Origin: Candidatus Calditenuaceae archaeon HR02
Lineage (GTDB): Archaea > Thermoproteota > Nitrososphaeria_A > Caldarchaeales > Calditenuaceae
Assembly: GCA_002898395.1 (NCBI GenBank)
Contig: BEHE01000002.1
Span: 59,462 to 123,461 of the forward strand
Length of the DNA: 64,000 bases
Direction of reading: 5' to 3'
Shown: piece after piece, positions 38,427 through 48,067 of the stretch
Layout of the letters: every line of letters starts with the position of its first letter
Position numbering within the stretch: position 1 is the stretch's first letter
Notes under the pieces: generated by a model
Told to the model about the DNA's origin: nothing
Seen by the model: only the letters and a program-made list of their open reading frames with translations
Database searches by the model: none
Program-made: the position numbers and the translations under genes

Positions 38427-39515
38427 TTAATACATCGCCTCCCCACTTGCTACGTCAAAAAGAATGACCCTATCACCTGGAATATTTATCGTCACTTCAT
38501 CACCATATCTATACGGCCTCATGCCCTTAGATACTGCTTTCAACTCGACATCGCCGAGACTAAGGGTAACTATTGTTTCATAGCCCAGCCTCTCTGCAGC
38601 CAGAATCTTTGCTTTGAATGAATTGCTGTTCTTAGGCGCCTCTAAGACTATGTCTTGTGGTCTGATGGCAAGCTCCACTTCAGAGCCGTCAGAAAGCTTA
38701 GAGGAAGCGCCTATATTGCCCAACTGGATTTTCAGACTGGTTGTTGAAAACTCCCAGCCATGAGCCTGCCGCCTAACGATCCCCCGCATAATGTTTATAG
38801 TGGGGCTCCCTATGAAAGTCGCCACAAACCGGTTTTTCGGCCTCCTCATCAAATTTATGGGTGTATCGTACTGCAATATCACGCCATCCTTTATTACTGC
38901 GACCTTCTCAGCAACTGCAAAAGCCTCTAAGAAGTCTGGGGTGGCGTAGATGATCGTCTGTTTCAACTCCCTATGCAGTCTCTTGAACTCCGTCCTCATC
39001 TCTTCCCTAAGCTTGGCATCTAGATTCGAGATAGGCTCGTCCAGGAGAAAGACCCTCGGATTCCTAACCAGTGTGCGCGCAAGTGCTACACGCTGCATCT
39101 CGCCACCACTAAGTGTGGATGGATCTTTTCTGTCTAGGAGATGTGCTATTCTTAGCTTCTCAGCTACGGCTTTTACCGACTTGTCAATATCTTCCCTGCC
39201 CCATTTACGCTCCTTTAACGGGTAGGCGATGTTGTCGTAGACACTCATATGTGGATAGAGCGCGTAAGTTTGGAAGAACATGGCTACATCTCGTCTCCAA
39301 GGTGGAGTTCCTAACACACTCTGTCCATCGAAGAGTATATCACCAGCGTCGGGCTCTTCAACACCGGCGATGCATTTAAGGAGAGTTGTCTTTCCCGCAC
39401 CTGTCGGTCCTAAGAGCGCTACAAGGGCGCCGGACTCAACCTCTAGGTTAATACCTTTCAGTGCTTGAACAGGTCCAAAAGACTTCTTTAGGCCGCGTAT
39501 CTCGACCCGCGTCAA
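38427..39515 (-). CDS. CUT1 ABC transporter ATPase (MalK-like)
   Basis: GPTGAGKTT, LSGGEMQRVALAR, DEPISNLD; H-switch replaced (YATPD). Confidence 0.95.
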   Translation of the reverse strand: MTRVEIRGLKKSFGPVQALKGINLEVESGALVALLGPTGAGKTTLLKCIAGVEEPDAGDILFDGQSVLGTPPWRRDVAMFFQTYALYPHMSVYDNIAYPLKERKWGREDIDKSVKAVAEKLRIAHLLDRKDPSTLSGGEMQRVALARTLVRNPRVFLLDEPISNLDAKLREEMRTEFKRLHRELKQTIIYATPDFLEAFAVAEKVAVIKDGVILQYDTPINLMRRPKNRFVATFIGSPTINIMRGIVRRQAHGWEFSTTSLKIQLGNIGASSKLSDGSEVELAIRPQDIVLEAPKNSNSFKAKILAAERLGYETIVTLSLGDVELKAVSKGMRPYRYGDEVTINIPGDRVILFDVASGEAMY

Positions 39516-40421
39516 CTATTTTGCACCCCTCACTGTACCGAAGGTCATCCCCCTCAGCAAGAAGCGCTGGAGAACGAAGATAAGAACGAGAGCAGGCAGA
39601 ATGTAGAGTGTCTCTATAGCTGCGATAAGGCCCCAGTTGATGCCGACCTCACCCCTCGTCCCCGCGATCATAACAGGTACCGTCCTAGTAGCCCTCTCCG
39701 TCAGCAGCAATGCGAAAAGAAATTCGTTCCAGACATTAATTATTAGGAAACCTATTGTGGCCCCTAGGCCCACCAACACCTGCGGAAGGGCGATCTTGTA
39801 AAAGACTTTGACCGGGTTCGAGCCATCGACTAACGCGGCCTGCTCGATATCTCTAGGCACCTCATCAAAGAAGCTCTTCATCATCCATACAGCGAATGGT
39901 AGGTTGAACATCGTGTAGAGCAGGATAAGTCCAATATATGTGTTGTAGAGGCCTAGGCTCCGATAAAAGAAGTAAATTGGAATGGCGACCACGATGGCTG
40001 GCAGCATCCTTGTAGAAAGGATGAAGAACATTAAAGTGTTGGTTCCTGCAGGCTTGTATCTTGAGAAGCTGTATGCGGCTAGAACCCCTATCACTGTAGC
40101 GATGGCTATACTGGAGAATGTCACTACGAAGCTATTGTAGAAGAAGGTCTCAGCACCTGTAGCCAACTCTAACTCCTGCCCGGTTATTGCCTCGATCTCT
40201 GTCTGCCTCTTCAGGAAAATGTCTATAAAGTTTCGGAATGTTGGCTCCCAGACAAAGAGTGGGGGTGTACTGAAGGCCTGTGCCCTTGTCTTTAGCGAGG
40301 TTGCTACGAGCCAGTAAATAGGGAAGATGAAGAAGATGACCGCGATAATCGCCGATATGTATATGAGAACTGTTCTCACGATCTTACGCCTGCCACGCCT
40401 GTTATTTCTTGAATTTGCCAT
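39516..40421 (-). CDS. CUT1 ABC permease (MalG-like)
   Basis: FNLPFAVWMMKSFFDEVP.DIEQAALVDG, WNEFLFA. Confidence 0.95.
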   Translation of the reverse strand: MANSRNNRRGRRKIVRTVLIYISAIIAVIFFIFPIYWLVATSLKTRAQAFSTPPLFVWEPTFRNFIDIFLKRQTEIEAITGQELELATGAETFFYNSFVVTFSSIAIATVIGVLAAYSFSRYKPAGTNTLMFFILSTRMLPAIVVAIPIYFFYRSLGLYNTYIGLILLYTMFNLPFAVWMMKSFFDEVPRDIEQAALVDGSNPVKVFYKIALPQVLVGLGATIGFLIINVWNEFLFALLLTERATRTVPVMIAGTRGEVGINWGLIAAIETLYILPALVLIFVLQRFLLRGMTFGTVRGAK

Positions 40422-40423
40422 CT

Positions 40424-41302
40424 CTACTCCCTCCTCGCTAACCTGAGATAGATGTTCGTCAAAAGCACTATAATTACTAAGAATATAAATGCTAGCGCGG
40501 TAGCCTCACCAGTCCTGAAAAACTGGAAGGCGATGCGGTAAATCTGTATTGACAACACCTCAGTGGCGGTTCCAGGCCCTCCCCCCGTTAGCGTGAAAAT
40601 TGTGTCAAAGGTCCTGAAGGCGTCCATCGTCCTAAAAAGAAGGGCAAGTGCTACCAGTGGTCTAATGGTGGGCCAGACAACGTACCTAAACTTTGTAAAC
40701 ATTGACAATCGGTCAATCTCGGATGACTCCAACATGTGTTTCGGAATAGCCTCGAGGCCTGCCAATATGAAGAGCATCATGAACGGAGACCACTGCCAGA
40801 CATCCATGAATATAATTGCGAACATTGGATGTTGGGAGAGTATCTTGACTGACTGTCCTGTTATCAGCTGCGCAAAATAGCTGTAGACACCAAAGGTCGC
40901 GTCAAAGAGGTATCGGTGGAAGATGCCTACTGCCACCGGGGCGACGAGAAGGGGAGTTGTTACAAGGGTTATTGCTAGCCGCCTACCACTGAACTGGTTA
41001 TAGAATAGCAGAGCAAGCCCAAATCCAATTAAGAATTCAATACTTACCGCATAGAAGACGAATTGCCCGGTCAAAACGAATCTCCTCCACACGTCTAGAC
41101 TATTCAAGAGCCTGTAATAATTCTCAACCCCGACAAAAACAGGTGCCTCCCCGCGAATAACGTTATATGAGTAGAAGCTAAGGCCGAGAGCCCAGATGAG
41201 CGGGAAGATTACAAGGAATGTGACGAGAGCGACTGCAGGTAGTATGAGGAGGACGGAGAAAATCCTAATTAGCCGACTACCAGTAGTGGCTTGTAAAGTC
41301 AT
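40424..41302 (-). CDS. CUT1 ABC permease (MalF-like)
   Basis: FVGVENY, DVWQWSPF, GGGPG.ATE. Confidence 0.95.
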   Translation of the reverse strand: MTLQATTGSRLIRIFSVLLILPAVALVTFLVIFPLIWALGLSFYSYNVIRGEAPVFVGVENYYRLLNSLDVWRRFVLTGQFVFYAVSIEFLIGFGLALLFYNQFSGRRLAITLVTTPLLVAPVAVGIFHRYLFDATFGVYSYFAQLITGQSVKILSQHPMFAIIFMDVWQWSPFMMLFILAGLEAIPKHMLESSEIDRLSMFTKFRYVVWPTIRPLVALALLFRTMDAFRTFDTIFTLTGGGPGTATEVLSIQIYRIAFQFFRTGEATALAFIFLVIIVLLTNIYLRLARRE

Positions 41303-41346
41303 ACAAAAACACTTTACTGACCGTGTATTTGAATTTATTTTGGGCT

Positions 41347-43010
41347 TTAGCCGATAGGCAGGCCTCGTCTTATAAGCTGTGCTACATTCTTCGCAGGTTT
41401 TCCATATTTCTCAAATGCTGCGGGATAGTTCTCCCTTTCAATTATCTCCTTGTGCCGCCGCGCCATGTTATCTAGTGCGGTTTGAGGAGTGATATTGCCC
41501 GCTAGTGCTGCATGTATCTCTTCTTGTACGACAGTCAGCATCTCGAAGAAGAATGGAACGTTCCAGAAGTCGACTTGGAATGCTATAGAGTCGGCATAGG
41601 CCCGGTTGTATGGTGTTAGGTTCCTAAACCACTCGGTCTGGACGATGTCCCTGATACATACTCCGCCACCACCTTCAGCCCATCTACGCTGATTCTGGGG
41701 CTGGAACCAGAATTTTATGAAGGCAAGCGCCTCCTCTGCATAGTCGCTGTAGGCGTTTATACACATCGGCTGTCCCCCGATTCCGCTATACCTCCTGAAT
41801 ATACCATCATCTCCTTTGTGCCCAGGCGGAGGCACAACCCTTATCACGTTGTATACCTTGGATGCCGCAGGGTCGAAGAGCTCGGAAGGAAGCCGGCCCA
41901 GTTATAGATCATGGCTACTCTTCCAGCCTGCATTACGGCATTGGCCTCGTCAAACCATATTTCAAGGGCGTTCGGTGGGGCATAGGGGACTAGCGAGACA
42001 TAGAACTCGAGGGCCTGCCGCGCCCTCGGGCTATTGATCCATCCATCAACTTCTCCCGTCTCAGGGTCCCACCAATACTCTCCATGGCTATACAATATTG
42101 AGCCGAACGGACAGGCGATGGCGTCGTAGGCCCTAGACATATGTAGAGCTATTCCATAGAAGTCCTCGTCTAAACGTTTCCCGGCCAGCTCGTCCCCAGC
42201 CTTCCTTGTGAAATACCTGGCAATGTCTCGTATCTGGTACCAGTCAAGCTGCGCTGGATACCAGTCCTCGTAGTTTAGCGGGAGGTCATATCCGTATTGG
42301 GCCTTAAAGTTCTCCCTCTCTGTCGGGTGAGAGAATAAGTCATACCTGTAGACGAAGAGTAGCACATCACCCTCATGTGCGAAGCCGACTATGTTGTTGA
42401 TATTCCCTTGAGGATAAGTCATGTAGAAGTAGACTAGAGATGGGTCAAACCGGTTGAGTAGCTGCTGGAGCTCAGGGTCCCTATCTATTATGTCGTTAAG
42501 CCTCCGTATGTGCCCCCCGACGTAGAACTGGCCGAGCCACTGGCTATCAGATATCAAAAGGGTAGGCTCTTTGGACTTGGCTGCCAGTACCGTTGAGAGC
42601 CTATCGAAGATAGCATCCCAAGGAATCAGGTCCATCTTCACCTCGACTGCCTTACCGATGTTAGCTTTAGACCAGGCTGGGAAGTCCTTAGCTATGAGGC
42701 CTGTTAGCCTACCTGGCAGCCACTCAGGAGAGGCGAAAGTAATAGAAAGCTCAGGCTTTACCTCACCCACTGGTGCGGTGGCCGTGACAGTCTCTGTTCT
42801 CGTCACGGTCTGCGTTACTGTTTGGGCACCGGGTCCGGGCTGAGTTACTGTCTGGGTCAGTGTTCTCGTAACCTCTCTGCCCGGCTGCGCGGAGGTCCCA
42901 GCGAGGTAGCCAGCGATCCCACCTACAACACCGGTTACAACTGCTGCTGTAGCTACTTTAGCACCTGTGCTAATTGCATCGCGCCTTGAAATTTTTCTAT
43001 CTCTTGACAT
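41347..43010 (-). pseudogene. CUT1 ABC substrate-binding protein with Tat signal, frameshifted near 41885
   Basis: SRRDA twin-Arg and Thr-rich linker. ...YNWAGFLP continues in another frame as ELFDPAASKVYNVIRVVPPPG, joining the two track ORFs. Confidence 0.85.
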
Positions 43011-43097
43011 GCATCATTATGTTAAAATCTTCCTGCATATATACTTTGACATGTAGTTTCAAATGAACTATCCACTTTATCGGGTAGGCGCTGATTA

Positions 43098-43176
43098 ACA
43101 GTTTGGTCAGAGGGGTCGGCTCGGCTCTTCCTGCATCACGATTCAGTCTGGAGCGGCGGGGCCTCATCCCCACTGA
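43098..43176 (-). ncRNA. Candidate atypical box C/D sRNA
   Basis: Minus strand: GGGATGA-17nt-CTGA-ATC-GTGATGC-22nt-CTGA, terminal CAGT.GG/CC..ACTG pairing, ATAAAA about 25 nt upstream. Confidence 0.35.
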
Positions 43177-43259
43177 TTCCATCCTATGGTGGAGGTTTTA
43201 TCTCTTACTTGGGCGGGGATTTTATTGAGTTTCCGGTGGGATTTGGGGGGTAGGATGGC

Positions 43260-44168
43260 TTGAAGGTTGCTCTGGTGAACTTCACTTCAGGTGGAGTGAG
43301 TGGTAGCGGCAGGCACGTTGCCCTGCTTAGGAAGGGGCTGGTCGAGAGTGGAGTCGCGGTAAATATTGTTGACTCCAAGAATACTTGGCATCTTAGTTTC
43401 CCCATGCTAAGGGCTTCGAGCTTTACGCTTGGAGCTCTCGCCAAGACAGCCGGCGTGGACATTATTCACTTGCATAACCCAAAGCTGGCTGGCATTGCGC
43501 TAATTAGGCCTTCGAAGTGTATTATCACTGTCCATGGGGGCATGATCGAGTTTAGCCTCAAGTATGGCGCTCTGGGAAAGGCTTCAACATTGGCGATGCT
43601 TGCTTTTATGCGGGCCGCTGGGGCGGTGACGTCTGTAATGAAGTCGGAAGCTGAGAGAAACGGTTGGGTCTGGATCCCAAACATGACCGACCTCGAGACG
43701 ATAAGGAAGATAGAGCCTGCAGACGAGTCTGTAATACTTTTTGTGGGCAGGAATGACCCTGTCAAGAATTACCATCTATTCAGACGGGTGGTGAGGAGGC
43801 TGGGGAGAAGGTATAGGGCTTTCGGCGTCGAGGAGGTGGCCAGCTGGGAGAAGGTGATCTCCTACATGAAGTCTGCCGAGGCGTTGATGATAACCTCGAT
43901 ATGGGAGGGGATGCCCTCCGTCCTGCTTGAGGCTTGGGCCTCACGCTGTCCCGTGATAGCTCCGAGGATACCGGCCTTCACGCCGTTCAGAGACGCTCTA
44001 ATCCTCGCCGACCACACACCAGACTCATACATAGAGGCTTACAGGAAGCTCCCCCAGCTCAGGGAGACAATCGTGGAGCAGGGCTACAACTTGGTCAGAG
44101 ACTTCGACTACAGAAAGGTGGTGAGGCAGTACATCGATCTCTACCGCGAGGTATTCACTCGGTCCTGA
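43260..44168 (+). CDS. Glycosyltransferase family 4
   Basis: FVGR..PVKN, S.WEGMP.VLLEA. Confidence 0.92.
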   Translation: MKVALVNFTSGGVSGSGRHVALLRKGLVESGVAVNIVDSKNTWHLSFPMLRASSFTLGALAKTAGVDIIHLHNPKLAGIALIRPSKCIITVHGGMIEFSLKYGALGKASTLAMLAFMRAAGAVTSVMKSEAERNGWVWIPNMTDLETIRKIEPADESVILFVGRNDPVKNYHLFRRVVRRLGRRYRAFGVEEVASWEKVISYMKSAEALMITSIWEGMPSVLLEAWASRCPVIAPRIPAFTPFRDALILADHTPDSYIEAYRKLPQLRETIVEQGYNLVRDFDYRKVVRQYIDLYREVFTRS

Positions 44169-45369
44169 GGGCTCTGACGGGGTCCACCTGTGCAGCACGT
44201 CTAGCTGGGTAGAGGCCTGATAGGGAGCCGACGAGGATAGCGAAGAGCAGCGTACCGATGAGGAGCTGTGGAGTTATCGCAGGTTCGAGGGGGAGTGGCT
44301 CGAACTGTGGGCCGAAGCGAAGGAAGTTCCCTGCGTATCTGCCGAATCCGATGGAGAGGAGGGTGCCGAGCCCAAGACCGATTAGCCCTCCAACTAGACC
44401 GGTCAGAACAGCCTCGAAGAGAAAGGTAAACAGGACTTCACGACGGGTCATACCTATTGAGCGGAGGATTCCAATCTCCCTAGTCCTCTCCATCACTGAC
44501 ATGATCATGGTGTTCATGATTCCGAGGCCTGCTACGAGGAGGCTCACCGATGCGATGAGTGCTAGAAAGATTGTGAATGATGCTATGATGCTACGGACAG
44601 TCTGGAGGATTGTTGTAGGGCTGATGATGTTGACGCTTCTACCATACATCCTCTCCAGCTCAGATATGATGTAGTCTACGGCTTCTATTCTCTCAGTGTT
44701 GACTAGGATTGCTTGGTATGATGTCTGGCCGAGGAGTTTCCGAGCGGCAGGGAGCGGCATGACGACGGCGGAGTCGGCGTCGAAGAAGAGGGAGGCTCCG
44801 AACCGGTCATATATCCCGGTCACGGTGAAGCTTCCAGTCTTGATGCCCCCGGCTGTTGAGGCGGATATGACTATTGGTTGCCCGACGTAGAGCTTAGAGG
44901 TTGTCTGGACTGCGGGTGGGAAGGCTACCTTGTATCCTACCGATACTTGGGATGCACTTGTCGGTGGAGGCGTTTCTCCCTCGAGAATCTTTATGCCCGG
45001 GAAAATTATCTGCAGCTGGAGAGGGTCTATGCCGAGTATTCTCCCGCTAACCTTCACGCCGCCCACATAGAACTCCGCTACGGCCGAGTAGAAGGGCGCC
45101 ACAGCCGTCACCTCAGGTATCACGGAGATTCGTTGAACATCGGCGTCCGTGAACTGGATATTTGAACCCTGGGCTGGAAGAATTATGATGTTGTTGGCTC
45201 CGAGCAAGAGTAGACGACCCGTTACAGTGGTGTTAATTCCCTCTCCCATGGAGACGAGGGCTATTATTAGGCCTGAGCCTATAGCGATTCCGAGGATAGT
45301 CAGGACGCTCCTTCCACGCCTTTCGCGGAGGGCTGAGAATGCATACCGCGCGGTGTCAAGTAACCTCAC
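44155..45369 (-). CDS. MacB/FtsX-family ABC permease
   Basis: RSVLTILGIAIG, GIMNTM..SV.ERTREIG, YPARRAA..DP..ALR. Confidence 0.95.
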   Translation of the reverse strand: MRLLDTARYAFSALRERRGRSVLTILGIAIGSGLIIALVSMGEGINTTVTGRLLLLGANNIIILPAQGSNIQFTDADVQRISVIPEVTAVAPFYSAVAEFYVGGVKVSGRILGIDPLQLQIIFPGIKILEGETPPPTSASQVSVGYKVAFPPAVQTTSKLYVGQPIVISASTAGGIKTGSFTVTGIYDRFGASLFFDADSAVVMPLPAARKLLGQTSYQAILVNTERIEAVDYIISELERMYGRSVNIISPTTILQTVRSIIASFTIFLALIASVSLLVAGLGIMNTMIMSVMERTREIGILRSIGMTRREVLFTFLFEAVLTGLVGGLIGLGLGTLLSIGFGRYAGNFLRFGPQFEPLPLEPAITPQLLIGTLLFAILVGSLSGLYPARRAAQVDPVRALRTE

Positions 45370-47281
45370 GGCGCTTCCTCCTCCCCATGTAGACCGCCGC
45401 AGCCACGGCAGCAGCTACCAACACCACTACCAATATCACTGCCAAGCTCTGGAACGTGTTTCCCGCCTGCCGCTCCTCCACCACGGGCCGGGGAACATCG
45501 ACCTCAACCGAAAAAGTGCTTGAATAGCTGCGTCTGAAAACGTCTTTATACTCTATTACCAAGTCTCCTTTGAAGTGGTCTTCACCCGGGTTTAGCCTTA
45601 TGTTAAAGGGGAGTGGGGCGTTGGGCTTTATCTCACCGATGAAGACGCCATTACCCGTCGATTCGCTGCCGCGCACGAATACTGTTGAGAAGAGAGCGTC
45701 TGATATCCCCTCATTAAGTATGTTTCCGGAGAGGTATGGCTGGCCTCCTACCAGGATGACGCGGAGGTCGTAGACGCGTAGACTGATGTAGCCCTCTATG
45801 ATGAAGCCCACTTCTCTCTGCTCCGAGACCTGTTCACCCCTGTCAGCCATGATGTAGGTCGCCGAGACGCTGACCGCACCCGATGTGCCAGCCAGCTCGG
45901 GGTCGGCGTACAGCTGCATTGGGATCTCCCAGGCCTGACTTGGCGTGAGGGACTCTGCGAGCCAGTTGTTCGACCCCACTACCGTGAGCCTCGGCGTAAG
46001 TGATTGGACCGTAACCGAGACCCTGCGGAGCTCGCTCGAGTGGATGTTCCTCACGACAAGCTTCACGTCCACCAATCTGCCCGCAGTTATCTGGGGGTCG
46101 GACTCTATAAGCAGGTTCGGGGCCTTGGGAGGTATGTCGCCAACAGACACTGCTATGAAGGCGAAGCTAGTCAGAGTGTTGCCGGCAAAGTCCTTGAAAC
46201 TCACTTGGAGCGGGATTTGGTATACACCGTTGGCGGCCGCCTGGCCGGCGGAGACCTGTGCCTCGATGCCCGCTGAGCCTCCGGGCTCCAAGCGCTCAAT
46301 ACTCCACACAGACCGGCCGACAAGAGACACCGGCAGGCCCGCCTGCTCTGCCCGGACCCTAATATCCCTCACCTCAACAGAACCGATGTTTTCTACGTGT
46401 ATCGTTAGCGGTGATGTTGAACCGGGTTCCAGCCTTAAAGACTCGGCGTAGACCCTTAGGTTCGCTTCGCTGACTGCTGCCTTGTTGACGTGTAAGCTGA
46501 GGATGTATGATGCTTCAACATAGGTTCCAACTGAGTTCCGGTACCGTGTTAAGGCTGTGAAGTGCATTATCGAGTCTGAGGCAGTCTGTGAAGCGTAGAT
46601 AGCCACGACGCGTGTGGCAGCTCCTCCAGGAGGTAGCTCCCCAACAACCCAAGGCTGCTCTCCTAGCACGAGTCCATAGACCTGCTGCACCTGCGGCTGA
46701 ATCGAGACAACCAAGTCTGAAGCCTTAGCAGTGCCCTGATTGACGACTGAAAGCTCTACAAAACTGGTCCTGCCCGGCTCGACGGAGGTAGCGTTGAGGC
46801 CCACCCTGAGGACAGGCCTACCAGGGATGTTCAGCTTCACAGGGATTGTGTGGGTCCTCGTCGAGGTCGAGTCATCCTCTACTCGATAGGTCAGCGTGAG
46901 TTGAGCAGTGTAGTCAACCCCTACTTTTGCGGATTCATCAACATTGACTATGAATGTCAGCTCGAATCCACCACCCGGCGGCACCGTTCCCGCGTGGTGG
47001 GCCTCTGCTATGTCTGGGGTGGTTAAACTCTGTGACCTAAAGGCGTCAGACAGCCTGAGCTCTCCGCGTATGCCGGAGATTCTCTCCTCGTCATAGTCGT
47101 TTGCGAGGGCTATTGTGAGGCGAGCCCCACTGTCGCCGGGCGCTACCTCCTCCCTCACATTGTTCTGGCCCCAGTATGCCCCGATGAACCTGACGGTATC
47201 AGGGCTGGCCTCGACCAGGACTAGAGGAACGGTAAGTGAGAAGGCTAAGAAGGCTGCGAGTAGGGCTACGCTTCTATGCAT
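45356..47281 (-). CDS. COG1361/CARDB Ig-repeat cell-surface protein
   Basis: Signal peptide, repeated PG....V.N.G...L.PG Ig-like units, C-terminal TM with basic tail. Confidence 0.88.
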   Translation of the reverse strand: MHRSVALLAAFLAFSLTVPLVLVEASPDTVRFIGAYWGQNNVREEVAPGDSGARLTIALANDYDEERISGIRGELRLSDAFRSQSLTTPDIAEAHHAGTVPPGGGFELTFIVNVDESAKVGVDYTAQLTLTYRVEDDSTSTRTHTIPVKLNIPGRPVLRVGLNATSVEPGRTSFVELSVVNQGTAKASDLVVSIQPQVQQVYGLVLGEQPWVVGELPPGGAATRVVAIYASQTASDSIMHFTALTRYRNSVGTYVEASYILSLHVNKAAVSEANLRVYAESLRLEPGSTSPLTIHVENIGSVEVRDIRVRAEQAGLPVSLVGRSVWSIERLEPGGSAGIEAQVSAGQAAANGVYQIPLQVSFKDFAGNTLTSFAFIAVSVGDIPPKAPNLLIESDPQITAGRLVDVKLVVRNIHSSELRRVSVTVQSLTPRLTVVGSNNWLAESLTPSQAWEIPMQLYADPELAGTSGAVSVSATYIMADRGEQVSEQREVGFIIEGYISLRVYDLRVILVGGQPYLSGNILNEGISDALFSTVFVRGSESTGNGVFIGEIKPNAPLPFNIRLNPGEDHFKGDLVIEYKDVFRRSYSSTFSVEVDVPRPVVEERQAGNTFQSLAVILVVVLVAAAVAAAVYMGRRKRREVT

Positions 47282-47978
47282 GGAGCACCACCTCCGACTC
47301 AACCCTACCGTCCCTAAGACGAACCAGCCTGTCGCATTTTTCAGCCACCTCCGGGTTATGAGTAACTATCACAACCGTCGTCCCCAGCCTCTCGTTGATC
47401 TCCCTCAGGAGACTCACGATTATCTCCGTGTTCTTCGAGTCTAGGTTCCCTGTAGGCTCATCCGCCAGTAGTATCCGAGGATTGCCCACCAAGGCCCGCG
47501 CGATTGCAACCCTCTGCTGCTCACCCCCGCTCAGCTCTGTAGGCCGTTTCCCAGCGGCACCATCCAAGCCGACGAGTTTAAGCGCATTGAGAGCCGCTTC
47601 AACGCGCTCTTCGTAGGAGACGCCTCGGACCGCTAGGGGGAGTGCGACGTTCTCAACTGCTGAGAGCCTGTTGATCAGGTTGAATGACTGGAAGACAAAC
47701 CCGATATGCTTGTTCCTCACCTCGCTGAGCTCCGCGTCGCTGAGGCCTGAGACATCTATTCCCTCTATTATGACTCGGCCGCTGGTCGGCCTATCGAGCG
47801 TGCCGGCTATGTGTAGGAGCGTGGACTTACCACTGCCGCTGGGCCCCATAACCGAGAGCATCTCACCCCTCTCAACCCTAAGGGTGAGGCCCTGGAGCGC
47901 CGGATAGGACGTCTTGCCCACCCTATAGACCTTCCAGACATCCTCGAGTATGATCGCATACTGGCTATTGGTCTCCAT
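47274..47978 (-). CDS. MacB/LolD-family ABC ATPase
   Basis: GPSGSGKST, GFVFQSFNL, LSGGEQQRVAIARAL, ADEPTGNLD. Confidence 0.96.
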   Translation of the reverse strand: METNSQYAIILEDVWKVYRVGKTSYPALQGLTLRVERGEMLSVMGPSGSGKSTLLHIAGTLDRPTSGRVIIEGIDVSGLSDAELSEVRNKHIGFVFQSFNLINRLSAVENVALPLAVRGVSYEERVEAALNALKLVGLDGAAGKRPTELSGGEQQRVAIARALVGNPRILLADEPTGNLDSKNTEIIVSLLREINERLGTTVVIVTHNPEVAEKCDRLVRLRDGRVESEVVLHA

Positions 47979-48067
47979 GCCGCCTAACGGTTCTCTGGCC
48001 GACCTTTTTAATAAGTTGATGCACTACTCGTCCAATAGATCCGGACCATCATCCTAAGAGTCTATTG

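Noticed and set aside
42780-42880. Tandem repeat
   Set aside because: Encodes the Thr/Val-rich linker common in archaeal binding proteins.
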